DNA from: Acidobacteriota bacterium | Lineage (GTDB): Bacteria > Acidobacteriota > UBA6911 > JACQSX01 | DNA: 64,000 nt | Assembly: GCA_036507075.1 (NCBI GenBank) | Contig: DASXQR010000073.1 | Span: 1 to 64,000, forward strand | Direction of reading: 5' to 3' | Shown: positions 1 through 8,952 of the stretch, in pieces | Position numbering within the stretch: the stretch's first letter is position 1 | Layout of the letters: every line of letters begins with the position of its first letter | Position numbers and translations under genes: made by a program | Notes under the pieces: generated by a model | Seen by the model: only the letters and a program-made list of their open reading frames with translations | Told to the model about the DNA's origin: nothing | Databases searched by the model: none

Positions 1-24
1 AGGATCACCGATATACTTCCCTGA

Positions 25-549
25 ATGCTTGACTTGATATGGGATTGGCTGGCACCGGAATCTCAGCTTCGCAAGCTTCATGGGCTGGCTTCCCAGGGCG
101 CGCTGGAACAAAAGGTGCAAGTCTTGATGGAGGATACCAACCTGCAGGCCTGGGAAAAAGTGGACCCGCTGATCAATTACGCGCGCACGCTTCATGCTGA
201 AGTGATTCCGTTGCTGCTCTCTCTTTATGCCGCCACAACAAAGCTGCGCGTCCGGATAAACCGCGCACAACGACGCAAGGGCGGTATTTCCATCTGCGAC
301 GAAATAGATACAGTGCATCATTTTTTCTTTTTTGCGCTCGAGACCTATCGTGGGTATCCTGAGCGCGTTCTGCGTTTTGTCAGCTATTTGTGGGATGATC
401 TTGCAGCGCGTCTGGTGCGCGGCAAACCCGACCACGAGGATTTGCTTGCCAACCGTCTGGGGATGAAATGGGGATCGCTGCTGAAAAAAGACCCTTCGGC
501 TTCTGCGGGCCACGTCATTGCCCGCAACCTGAATCGGCAAAACGCATGA
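25..549 (+). CDS. hypothetical protein (174 aa), uncertain
   Basis: ORF with no motif I recognise; the ATG directly follows an in-frame TGA at the window edge. Confidence 0.35.
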   Translation: MLDLIWDWLAPESQLRKLHGLASQGALEQKVQVLMEDTNLQAWEKVDPLINYARTLHAEVIPLLLSLYAATTKLRVRINRAQRRKGGISICDEIDTVHHFFFFALETYRGYPERVLRFVSYLWDDLAARLVRGKPDHEDLLANRLGMKWGSLLKKDPSASAGHVIARNLNRQNA

Positions 550-607
550 AATGTGGTTTTTTTAACCAGATTCTTCACCGCTGATGAATCCAGGTAAGCA
601 AGCAGCA

Positions 608-845
608 GACCGCGAAGCGGTCAAAGAAAATAGCCAGGGGCAAGCGCGTGTTTTGCGCGCCGCCCCTGGTCGTGCCCCTAAACCAGGATTGACCCTGCAG
701 GGGTCGAAGAATGACGTGGCAACGATGGTTCTGCAAACAATTCTGGCACCCTTTCAGGGTGCACCGGTTTGGGAGGAAGCTCACCGGGGGCGGCGCGCAA
801 AAAACGCGTTTGCCCCCGGCTATTCTATTTGACGCTTTCAGCGTC
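608..845. repeat. composite nested palindrome (REP/REPIN-like element)
   Basis: 41-nt arms 629-669 and 784-824 are reverse complements at 37/41; flanked by small hairpins GACCGCGAAGCGGTC, GACCCTGCAGGGGTC, GCACCCTTTCAGGGTGC and GACGCTTTCAGCGTC. Confidence 0.8.
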
Positions 846-872
846 CGGACTGAGCAATCAATTCTTTAGACG

Positions 873-2390
873 ATGATAAACAGCGACTACGCAAGGTTTC
901 TGCCACTGGTTCAAGAGATCTATTATCTTCGCACTACCGCCGGCCTGCTCTCCTGGGACCAGGAGACCATGATGCCGCCAAAAGCCGCTGAAATCCGCGC
1001 CAAGCAGTTGGCAACGCTCAGCTCGCTTCATCACCAGAAACTCACTTCTCCGGAATTCGGCGATCTGCTGGGACAGCTCGAAACCCAGACTCTGGAAGCC
1101 GACGCCCAGGTCGTGGTTAGGGAAATGGGACGCGATTTCCGCCGCGCCGTCACCGTGCCGACCGCGCTGGTTAAGGAAATTTCCGAAACCACATCCCTGG
1201 CCTACAACGTGTGGAACCGGGCCCGCATCCAGTCCGATTTTGAGATGTTTGCTCCCTGGCTGAAAAAGATCATCCGCTTGAAAACCGAGGAAGCGCACTG
1301 TCTGGGGTTCGAAAAGAATTTATACGATGCGCATCTGGATGACTACGAGCCGGGTCTTACGGCCGAGAGCGCCGGAAGACTCTTCGCCCTGATCCGGGAA
1401 CAAGTGATCGCCCTGGTCGATGGGGCCGTAGCCGCCTCGAACAAACACAAGGATGATGGCTGGCTTAGTGCGACTTATCCGACGGAACTTCAGCGAAGCT
1501 TCGGACATGAAATTGTCGACAGCATGGGCATCGATTGGCAGGGCGGCAGGATGGACGTTTCGCCCCATCCATTCTGCAGCGGCAATGGCCCCACGGACGT
1601 TCGAATCACAACACGCTACAACGAGAATGATTTTCTGGTATCGCTGTTTGGAATAATTCATGAGGCGGGACACGCTCTGTACGAGCAAGGCCTGGACGTG
1701 AGTCGTTTTGGAACGCCGCTGTGCGACACTGTATCGCTCGGTATTCACGAATCCCAATCGAGGCTCTGGGAGAATCTTGTGGGGCGAAGCCGCGAATTCT
1801 GGGAACACTGGTTCCCGCGTTTTCAAAAGACATTTCCGAATCAGACTCGAGGACTCGAATTTGACCAGTTTTACGGCGCAATAAACAAGGTGGAGCGAAG
1901 CTTGATCCGCGTCGATGCGGACGAACTGACTTACAACCTCCACGTTATTCTGCGCTTCGAGCTGGAACAGGCCATATTTGAAGGACAACTCTCGGTAGAC
2001 GGCCTGGAAGAGGCGTGGAATCAGAAAATGAAGCTTTATCTGGATCGCATTCCACCCGACTCCGCCCATGGAGTGCTGCAGGACGTGCACTGGGCTTCCG
2101 GGCTGATCGGTTATTTTCCTACCTATTTGCTGGGCAATGTTTACGCGGCGCAGTTCCACCTGCAGGCAAAAAAGGACATCCCCGACTTAACGGATCAGAT
2201 CCGAAGCGGCAACCTGATGAACCTGAGAGAATGGCTTCGGAAGAACATCCATCTTCAGGGGAAACGCTACAGCGCGTCCGATCTGGTACGGCGCGTCACC
2301 GGCGAACCGCCGAATCCGAAGTACTTCATCGATTACCTGAAGCAGAAATTCTCCACAAATGCGGATTTCGGAATGCGGAATGCGGAATAA
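873..2390 (+). CDS. carboxypeptidase, family M32 (Taq-type)
   Basis: LLSWDQET, HPFC, DVRITTRY, HEAGH zinc motif, HESQS, GVLQDVHW, GYFPTY. Confidence 0.95.
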   Translation: MINSDYARFLPLVQEIYYLRTTAGLLSWDQETMMPPKAAEIRAKQLATLSSLHHQKLTSPEFGDLLGQLETQTLEADAQVVVREMGRDFRRAVTVPTALVKEISETTSLAYNVWNRARIQSDFEMFAPWLKKIIRLKTEEAHCLGFEKNLYDAHLDDYEPGLTAESAGRLFALIREQVIALVDGAVAASNKHKDDGWLSATYPTELQRSFGHEIVDSMGIDWQGGRMDVSPHPFCSGNGPTDVRITTRYNENDFLVSLFGIIHEAGHALYEQGLDVSRFGTPLCDTVSLGIHESQSRLWENLVGRSREFWEHWFPRFQKTFPNQTRGLEFDQFYGAINKVERSLIRVDADELTYNLHVILRFELEQAIFEGQLSVDGLEEAWNQKMKLYLDRIPPDSAHGVLQDVHWASGLIGYFPTYLLGNVYAAQFHLQAKKDIPDLTDQIRSGNLMNLREWLRKNIHLQGKRYSASDLVRRVTGEPPNPKYFIDYLKQKFSTNADFGMRNAE

Positions 2391-2476
2391 GTCTCGAAGC
2401 CGAGACTCGGATGTTTGGAATTAAATACTAGATCTCATAGTCTATTCCGCATTCCGCATTCCGAAATCCGCATTCG
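2358..2476. repeat. inverted heptamer array, family A (GGAATGC / GCATTCC)
   Basis: AATGCGGATTTCGGAATGCGGAATGCGGAATAA ... TATTCCGCATTCCGCATTCCGAAATCCGCATT; overlaps the M32 stop codon, between convergent genes. Confidence 0.9.
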
Positions 2477-2478
2477 GT

Positions 2479-2814
2479 CTACGGCATCTCCATCTTCTCC
2501 ACAATATTGCGCATCTGAACTCCGTGAACCAGCGAAGCGCCCCCCCGAATGGCGGCCGCTACGTGTATCGCTTCGGTCATCTGCTCCAGATTGGACCCTT
2601 TCTCCAGACACGCCTGGCTGTAGGCATCGATGCAATAGGGGCACTGCACGCAATGCGCGACTGCCAGTGCGATCAAAGCCTTTTCACGCTCGGTCAGAGC
2701 GCCTTCCGCGAACACTGCGCTGTACCAGGCCAGAAACTTCTGCCAGAGCTCCGGGCTCTCTTTGCCGATATCGGCAAACCTTCCCAGATCATCACGATGG
2801 TAATAATGTTCCAT
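2479..2814 (-). CDS. AhpD/carboxymuconolactone decarboxylase family peroxidase-like protein (arsenosugar-associated type)
   Basis: EGALTEREKALIALAVAHCVQCPYCID with CxxC; GGASLVHGVQM; GAAGGG RBS upstream of ATG 2814. Confidence 0.85.
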   Translation of the reverse strand: MEHYYHRDDLGRFADIGKESPELWQKFLAWYSAVFAEGALTEREKALIALAVAHCVQCPYCIDAYSQACLEKGSNLEQMTEAIHVAAAIRGGASLVHGVQMRNIVEKMEMP

Positions 2815-2831
2815 ATTGGACATCCCTTCTG

Positions 2832-2900
2832 AAAATGAACCACCAAGACACCAAGGCACAAAGCTGGCAATTCTGGCTTGGTGCCTTGGTGGTTCATTTT
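2832..2900. repeat. inverted nonamer array, family D (CACCAAGRC / GYCTTGGTG)
   Basis: AAAATGAACCACCAAGACACCAAG ... CTTGGTGCCTTGGTGGTTCATTTT. Confidence 0.85.
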
Positions 2901-2922
2901 TTCTGCCTAAGCTGATCAAATA

Positions 2923-4062
2923 TCACAAACCATTGTTTAGGAAATTGGAGATGGCGTCCTGCATCAGCTCCGCTTCCGCCAGAAATCCATCATGACCGGT
3001 CACTACCGGAATCTCCTGCAGCTTTCCGGGAAGGCCTGCCTCAACCCGCACTCGATGCAGGTACTGCTGCTCCACCGGCGGAAACAGTTCGTCATTGCGC
3101 ATGCTGACAATCAAACTCGGCGGCTTCACGGCGCGGATGCCGGAGTCAAGGCGCTGCCGGTAATCACACCCCGTCATTCCGTCGGCCAGGTCGTGGGAAT
3201 CCATCGCGTGTGAGAGCGTCAGGTAGCTGTTTGTATCAAAACTGTGCGCAAACTTCTGCGCAACGTGTTCCAGGTAATGCTCGATTTCAAACCGATACTC
3301 TTTCCTGTTTCGGCCGAAGCGCTCCCAGAATTCTTCATAGCTGCGATAAGTGACCATCCCAAGCTTCCGCGCCAGAGACATCCCTCGGACCGGCGGGCCG
3401 CTGTCGTAATAATTGCCGTCCCTCCAATCGGGGTCCGAGCGCACGATGTCACGCTGGATGCTTCGCAACGCGATCGATCTGGGCGAGGCCGCAGCTCCCG
3501 CTGCGATGGGAATCAACAGGTCCATGGCATTCGAATAAAGACGCCCCCACTCGAGCACCTGCATGCCCCCCATGGAGCCGCCGATCACCGCCCGCAACCG
3601 CCTTATTCCCAGTCCATCCATCAGCTTCTTCTGCGCATGCACCAGATCGCGAATTGTGAGCTCAGGAAATTCCGTCCCATAATGAACTCCGGTGCCTGGG
3701 TCGGTGCTGGCCGGTCCGGTGGAACCGTAGCACCCGCCAAGAAGATTGGAACAAACCACGAACCAGCGCGCTGTATCGACCGCCTTACCCGGACCTACCA
3801 GCTTGTCCCACCAGCCTTCGTCCCGATTCCTCGCAGACTCGGCCACATGGCTGCTGACGGAAAGAGAAGGACAGATCCAAATGGTGTTCGGGCGGGAAGC
3901 GTCAGATTCACCCCAGGTTTCATAGGCGATTACGGCGTTGCGCAGCACACCCCCTTTTTCGCAACGAAAAGGAGCATCAGGACGGGCAATCTCCAGGAAT
4001 GAACAACCCGGCGTTACAGGACTGCGCGGGTTGTACTCAAACTCATGAACCGTCGGCTGCAT
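2923..4062 (-). CDS. metX: MetX-family homoserine/serine O-acyltransferase (alpha/beta hydrolase)
   Basis: GWWDKLVGPGKAVDT, GGCYGSTGP, GGSMGGMQ nucleophile elbow, GHDGFL; start uncertain. Confidence 0.85.
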   Translation of the reverse strand: MQPTVHEFEYNPRSPVTPGCSFLEIARPDAPFRCEKGGVLRNAVIAYETWGESDASRPNTIWICPSLSVSSHVAESARNRDEGWWDKLVGPGKAVDTARWFVVCSNLLGGCYGSTGPASTDPGTGVHYGTEFPELTIRDLVHAQKKLMDGLGIRRLRAVIGGSMGGMQVLEWGRLYSNAMDLLIPIAAGAAASPRSIALRSIQRDIVRSDPDWRDGNYYDSGPPVRGMSLARKLGMVTYRSYEEFWERFGRNRKEYRFEIEHYLEHVAQKFAHSFDTNSYLTLSHAMDSHDLADGMTGCDYRQRLDSGIRAVKPPSLIVSMRNDELFPPVEQQYLHRVRVEAGLPGKLQEIPVVTGHDGFLAEAELMQDAISNFLNNGL

Positions 4063-4127
4063 GGTGATCAAAGATAACCACAAAGAGTCAAAGCGCGCCA
4101 AGCGCTTTATGGCGCCCGCAGGCTGGT

Positions 4128-4348
4128 TAACCCGGAATACTCAAAGATTAACCGCGAAGAAGCGCCAAGACGCGAACAGCGCGAAGAAGTGTGGCAGCAA
4201 CCGCTATCGATTCTGCACCCTGAAAGTTCGGGAGCTTGGTGCCTTGGTGGAAAAAAAATCGAACCACCAAGACACCAAGCCAGGTTTTTCAATGCGCGCC
4301 GGATGCGGACGGCCTGACGTGATCTTCGCGCTCTTCGCACCTTGGCGG
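4128..4348. repeat. composite repeat: family E nonamer arms (CGCGAAG/CGCCAAG) enclosing a family D cassette (4222-4288)
   Basis: TAACCCGGAATACTCAAAGATTAACCGCGAAG... left end resembles the end of the 19372-19480 element; CTTCGCGCTCTTCGCACCTTGGCGG right arm. Confidence 0.7.
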
Positions 4349-4369
4349 AGAACCGAGGCGGCTGGACAA

Positions 4370-4558
4370 TTATTTAATCCTTTTGATCCTGGGCTGCGCC
4401 ATACGTTGCAGCCTCTTCCGAAGGCGCTTCATTTCATCGTCTATCGCGGCCAGGCGATCACGCACGTATTCAAAGTCGGCGCTCAATCGATCGCGCTCCG
4501 CCTGCAGCATCCGCAATTTTAATTTGAGGGGTTCGGCTTCCGCGGGATCATTCGTCAT
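4370..4558 (-). CDS. small coiled-coil hypothetical protein
   Basis: 62 aa heptad-rich ORF; its start overlaps the VWA gene stop (TGATG). Confidence 0.6.
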   Translation of the reverse strand: MTNDPAEAEPLKLKLRMLQAERDRLSADFEYVRDRLAAIDDEMKRLRKRLQRMAQPRIKRIK

Positions 4559-5475
4559 CAGGCTCGTGGCGCGTAATAACCGCTCCGGTGCTGCACCCGC
4601 ACGTTGTCTTTCATCACACGCACCTGAACACGCCGGAAAGAGCCATCCTTCTTGGGATTGCTCGAATAATAGGAAACGTTGTACTGCTGCTTGATGATAT
4701 TGAGGATTTCCTGGAACGCGTTCGAAATCTGCTGCGCGTTAACTTTAGCTTCGAAAAAGCGGCCGCCTGTTTCCCGGGCGCATTCCCTCAAGGCGCCCCA
4801 GTCGCTGCCAAAATCGGATTTCACGCCAATGGAAAAAACAGTGACATCGCTTTTCTGCGCCGCTTCGATCGCTTCCTTTCGAGTCGTTCTGCTGGAAGTA
4901 TCTTCTCCGTCGCTCAAAATGACGATCACTTTACGGCCTGCCTCGGCATTCAAATGTTGCTCGCTCGCCAGCAGAATGGCATCGTAAAGGGCCGTGCTTC
5001 CACCGGGCTTAACGGAATGCAGCGCATTGTCCAGGCGGCCCAAATCAGACGTGAAGTCCTGGATCAGTTCCACGTCTTCACCAAAAGAGAGGATCGAGGC
5101 CAGATCTCTTTTGGGCTGCAGCACGTCCTTCAAAAAATCGGACGCGATCATCTGCTCCACGGCTAACTTGTCCCTTACGCTTCCGCTCGCGTCCACCAGC
5201 ATGGCCAGCGTCAGGGGTTCGGTCTGAGACTCGCTCGGTTTGCTGAAGAATTCGATTGTCTGCTTGACTCCATCCTCGTAAACTTCAATGTCTTTTTTGG
5301 TCAAGCCCGCGACGTGTTTTCCCTTTTTGTCAAACGCCGTGAACAGAATATTGACCAGGTTTACCTGTGCCCGAATCACTGTCTGCTGACCCGAGACAAC
5401 CACCGGCGGCGCGGCCATGGCGGTGACAATAGACAGCACAACCCCGACTCTGATAAAGCGTCCAAAACAACTCAT
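4558..5475 (-). CDS. secreted VWA-domain protein (acidobacterial VWFA-related type)
   Basis: signal peptide, GLTKKDIEVYEDG, DASGS MIDAS, TALYDAI, SDGED, ETGG, YxSSNPKKDGSFR, RSGYYA. Confidence 0.9.
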   Translation of the reverse strand: MSCFGRFIRVGVVLSIVTAMAAPPVVVSGQQTVIRAQVNLVNILFTAFDKKGKHVAGLTKKDIEVYEDGVKQTIEFFSKPSESQTEPLTLAMLVDASGSVRDKLAVEQMIASDFLKDVLQPKRDLASILSFGEDVELIQDFTSDLGRLDNALHSVKPGGSTALYDAILLASEQHLNAEAGRKVIVILSDGEDTSSRTTRKEAIEAAQKSDVTVFSIGVKSDFGSDWGALRECARETGGRFFEAKVNAQQISNAFQEILNIIKQQYNVSYYSSNPKKDGSFRRVQVRVMKDNVRVQHRSGYYAPRA

Positions 5476-5519
5476 AGTTTGAGTGTCGCAAACTCAAGCA
5501 GGAAAAGGCAAAAAGAAAA

Positions 5520-5972
5520 GTGAAAAAAGTGAGGATTTACTCCGACGGAGCCTGCTCGGGCAATCCGGGGCCGGGTGGATGGGCCGCCGTCCTGCTGTAC
5601 GGCCAGCACAAAAAGGAAATCTCCGGCGGAGAGCCCCTCACGACCAACAACCGGATGGAGCTGACGGCAGCCATTCGGGGATTGCAACAGTTGAAAGAAA
5701 GCTGCGACGTGGAAATGTACACGGACTCTGAATATCTGAAGCGAGGCATAACGGAGTGGCTGGCGGTCTGGCGCAGGAAAAACTGGCTGCGTGCCGACAA
5801 AGAACCGGTAAAGAACCGCGACCTTTGGGAACAGCTTGAAGCCGAAGTTGCCCGCCACAAGGTCCGCTGGCACTGGCTCCGAGGCCACAGCGGCGATAAA
5901 TGGAACGAACGTTGCGACGAACTCGCAGTGGCTGAAATACCGAAAATGAAGAATAAGAAACAATCTCGGTAA
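5520..5972 (+). CDS. rnhA: ribonuclease HI
   Basis: [46 protein letters not shown]. Confidence 0.97.
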   Translation: MKKVRIYSDGACSGNPGPGGWAAVLLYGQHKKEISGGEPLTTNNRMELTAAIRGLQQLKESCDVEMYTDSEYLKRGITEWLAVWRRKNWLRADKEPVKNRDLWEQLEAEVARHKVRWHWLRGHSGDKWNERCDELAVAEIPKMKNKKQSR

Positions 5973-6072
5973 GGGTTTGCGGGTTCCCGGGTTACGGGTT
6001 TTCGGGTTACGGGTTTTCGGGTTACGGGTTTCGGGTTACGGTGTACAGGTTTTCGGGTTACGGGTTACGAGT
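5973..6072. repeat. family B tandem array (CGGGTTA/CGGGTTT), left arm
   Basis: about 13 degenerate 7-8 nt units starting immediately after the rnhA stop. Confidence 0.9.
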
Positions 6073-6087
6073 CTCGGCGGTTGGGCT

Positions 6088-6466
6088 TTAAGCTGAGAAT
6101 GTCAGATGTTCTCGTCCTTTCTTCAGGGCTTTAAGGTAGCGAATCAGCGAACCAATCATGCGGCCGATTTGAAATGTGAATAGCATTAGTCGGTCAAAAG
6201 TTTCCCGGTCAGGTAATCCTGATCCAGTGCCACATACAGTTGCGATCTGACTTCGGCAATTGAGCCCTTTGCAATTGTCGATTTCCGCCGCGCTCGAATC
6301 CTTCTGCGATATTCGACATTGCCGAGATGCTTGCTCTCCGGATTTGGTCGCGCAGCGCGAAATCATGCCGAAATTCCCGTTGCTTCGAAATCTTATAAAT
6401 GTCGTTGGCCAGTTCCCTCGAATTCTTCCAGATTTCCAGATCTTCAAAATCTCGAATCGCAGCCAT
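6088..6466 (-). pseudogene. four-helix-bundle protein (23S rRNA IVP / Avd-like), two frameshifts
   Basis: MAAIRDFEDLEIWK..LRDQIRRASISAMSNIAEGFERGGNR, continuing in a second frame TIAKGSIAEVRSQLYVALDQDYL, then a third frame ETFDRLM..QIGRMIGSLIRYLK; lesions near 6279 and 6207; GGAG RBS. Confidence 0.9.
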
Positions 6467-6560
6467 GTCTTCTCCATTTACTGTTCTCTAGCGACATAAC
6501 TGCCCTTCGTGAAAATCTGCGAACATTTTTTTAAGAAAATTCCGCCTGGTTTCACTTACC

Positions 6561-6672
6561 AACCCGTAACTCGTTGTAACTATGATTCGCAACCCGTAAT
6601 CCGGAACCCGAAACCCGGAACCCGAAAACCCGAAACCCGGAAACCCGAAACCCGGAACGAAAACCCGAAAAC
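6561..6672. repeat. family B tandem array (AACCCGA/AACCCGG), right arm
   Basis: reverse-complement units of the 5973-6072 arm. Confidence 0.9.
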
Positions 6673-6689
6673 TCTCGCCTTCGGCGCGC

Positions 6690-8687
6690 CTATTTCGCTT
6701 CAAGCGCAAAGACTCCGTCCCAGTCTTCAGCAGGGGGTTGTTGTACGAATTGGCGGCAGCGGTTCAGGTATGTTCTGGCAACCGTGTCCTGGGGAAAGCG
6801 TTTCAGGTGGTCGGCAATCATCACGCAGGAACTCTCCCATTGCCGCTTCCAGTAGCAGTCAATGATTCCCTGAAAGGATTCCACCATGGGCCGCATCCGC
6901 TCGGCCGCAGGGTCACTCGTTTCAGCCAGCACTTCATAAACACGAATCGGCTCTTCCTTTCCCAGCACGCGAATGCAATCCAGCTCCCGGGTAAGAAATT
7001 TGCCGCGCACCAGTTCCTCTGTCGCGTCGCTGATCATGATCGTCGTTCCGTACCCCTTGTTGGCGCCCTCCAGGCGCGAAGCGAGGTTCACCTCGTCGCC
7101 GATCACCGTGTACTCCTTGCGATCGCGGTGGCCCAGGTCGCCCGCAACCATGAGGCCGCTGTTGATGCCTATGCGCGCCCTCAGAGGAGCCATGCCATCG
7201 ACCACGCGTTTCATCGCCAGCGCCGCCTGGCAGGCGAGCGCGGCATGACTGGGATTGGGAAGGGGAGCTCCCCAGATCGCCATGATCGCATCGCCGATAT
7301 ATTTGTTAATCATTCCTTCCCGCTTCATGATTTCGTCACCGGTGCGGGTGAAGTAATCATTTAATATCCTCGCCATTTCCTGAGCCGTGACCTTTTCCGA
7401 CATTTTGGAAAATCCGGCGATGTCGGAAAACAGCACCGTCGCCTCCACCTGCTTTCCCTCCAGCCCCAGCCTGTCAGGGTTTTTCAGCACCTCATGCATG
7501 ACCTGATGGGAAACGTAGCCCTTGAACGCCTCCCTCAAATGCGCTCGCTCCTTCTCGGTGGCACGATACTGGTAGAGAGTGTTGAGTGCAAAGATCGAGA
7601 GCATTATTGCCACCGGTTGCACGGTCTGCATCCAGTGGCGCGCATATGCGAAACTGAGAAAAGCTCCCGCCAGGTAAAGGAGAATCAGGACTACAGACAA
7701 CAAAACCTTGAGGCGAAGAGCGCCAAGCCCCAGCACAATGCCGCAGATCAGCAGTCCCGGGATAATCAGGACCAGCCAGGTCTCCACTACTCCCATCTGT
7801 GAAATGAACCTGCTCCTGAGCAACGCGTTCAAAATGTTGGCGTGCACTTCAACTCCGGGCATCAACTCCCAGGGTGACTCAAAGATATCCTTTTGCGTTT
7901 CGCCGCCGCTGATGTCATGAATTGTGAGAGACCGCCCTACGAAAACCAACTTGTGGGAGAACGTGTCTTTGGGGAGAGCGGTTTTATAGTCGAGCGCCTG
8001 GTAGTAACTAACCGTTGGAATGAAACGAGCCGGACCTACATAATCGATCAGAACGGCAGGGTCTTCTCTGCTCCCCCCGACCTGCGGAATCCTGGCCAAA
8101 TCCAGCCTGCCGCCGATTTGCGCCAGAGTTTGCGTGGCTAGAGTCGGCTCACCCCCGATTGAGAGACGGCCCCGCCTGAGCACTCCATCGCGGTCCGGAT
8201 ATTCGGTTGCATATCCTACCTTTGCCCCTGCCTTCAGCAGGATTTCGAGAGGTTCGATCTGCATCACCGCCGTGAAACGCGGATCTCTGACCTGATCGAT
8301 GGTACTGGCCAGCACCACCGGGGCGCGGCTGGCTTGAATGGCGGCTGCCAGTGCCTGATCATCCTGCGGTGTGCTTGGCTCGGTAAACGCGACGTCGAAA
8401 ATGATGCAGCGCGCGCCGGCTTCGTTGAGTAGCCGAATCAACTCGGCGTGCACCCTGCGGGGCCAGGGAAACCGCATCCCGGCATTGGCGAACTCCTTCA
8501 GTGAAGACTCATCAATCGCCACGATCACGATGTCCCTGGGTTTCTCTTCGGCCCCACGAAGCGTGCTCATCATGAAGTCGTAGCTCTTGCCTTCCAGCAC
8601 ATCGAGCCAGGGCGTGTACTGCGACATCAGGAACAGGGATACGAAGGTGATCAGGAGGATGATAATTGCGGCAATGTAGATTTTCAT
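6690..8687 (-). CDS. CHASE2-domain class III adenylate/guanylate cyclase
   Basis: IVIVAIDE, FPWPR, FDVAF, DRDGVLRR, MPGVEVHA (CHASE2); 3 TM helices; VLFSDIAGFS, KYIGDAIMA, YTVIGDEVNLASRLE. Confidence 0.95.
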   Translation of the reverse strand: MKIYIAAIIILLITFVSLFLMSQYTPWLDVLEGKSYDFMMSTLRGAEEKPRDIVIVAIDESSLKEFANAGMRFPWPRRVHAELIRLLNEAGARCIIFDVAFTEPSTPQDDQALAAAIQASRAPVVLASTIDQVRDPRFTAVMQIEPLEILLKAGAKVGYATEYPDRDGVLRRGRLSIGGEPTLATQTLAQIGGRLDLARIPQVGGSREDPAVLIDYVGPARFIPTVSYYQALDYKTALPKDTFSHKLVFVGRSLTIHDISGGETQKDIFESPWELMPGVEVHANILNALLRSRFISQMGVVETWLVLIIPGLLICGIVLGLGALRLKVLLSVVLILLYLAGAFLSFAYARHWMQTVQPVAIMLSIFALNTLYQYRATEKERAHLREAFKGYVSHQVMHEVLKNPDRLGLEGKQVEATVLFSDIAGFSKMSEKVTAQEMARILNDYFTRTGDEIMKREGMINKYIGDAIMAIWGAPLPNPSHAALACQAALAMKRVVDGMAPLRARIGINSGLMVAGDLGHRDRKEYTVIGDEVNLASRLEGANKGYGTTIMISDATEELVRGKFLTRELDCIRVLGKEEPIRVYEVLAETSDPAAERMRPMVESFQGIIDCYWKRQWESSCVMIADHLKRFPQDTVARTYLNRCRQFVQQPPAEDWDGVFALEAK

Positions 8688-8729
8688 TGCTTAATAGGGA
8701 ACAACTACATCGAGGGTCCGCTTGCTTAC

Positions 8730-8912
8730 GGGCGTGTTGCCCAAATCGAAGCCGGCCGTAGACGGACACATTGCATTCACCGCAGAGCCGCAAAGAACGC
8801 CGAGTTTCCGCAGAGTTTCATTACAACCTCAGCGAAACTTGGCGTTCTCGGCGGCTCTGCGGTGAACAGAATGTAGCCGTCTCCATTCTGTTCCGATTTG
8901 GGCAACACACTC
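8730..8912. mobile_element. 183-bp MITE-like element with terminal inverted repeats and a 4-bp target duplication
   Basis: TIRs GGGCGTGTTGCCCAAATCG / GAGTGTGTTGCCCAAATCG (17/19); TTAC at 8726-8729 and 8913-8916; palindromic interior. Confidence 0.8.
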
Positions 8913-8952
8913 TTACGCGCGCGTCTCGGATCTGGCCCAGGTAGCTACGCCA

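Noticed and set aside
584..832. 82-aa ORF over the composite palindrome
   Set aside because: Coincides with the structured repeat and shows no protein features
6088..6466. Diversity-generating retroelement suggested by the Avd-like fold
   Set aside because: No reverse transcriptase and no TR/VR pair with adenine-specific mismatches seen in the window
6088..6477. 129-aa ORF from the track as an intact gene, or programmed frameshifting of the four-helix-bundle gene
   Set aside because: Only its last ~35 codons match the family; a conserved segment is deleted and two shifts are needed, which fits decay better
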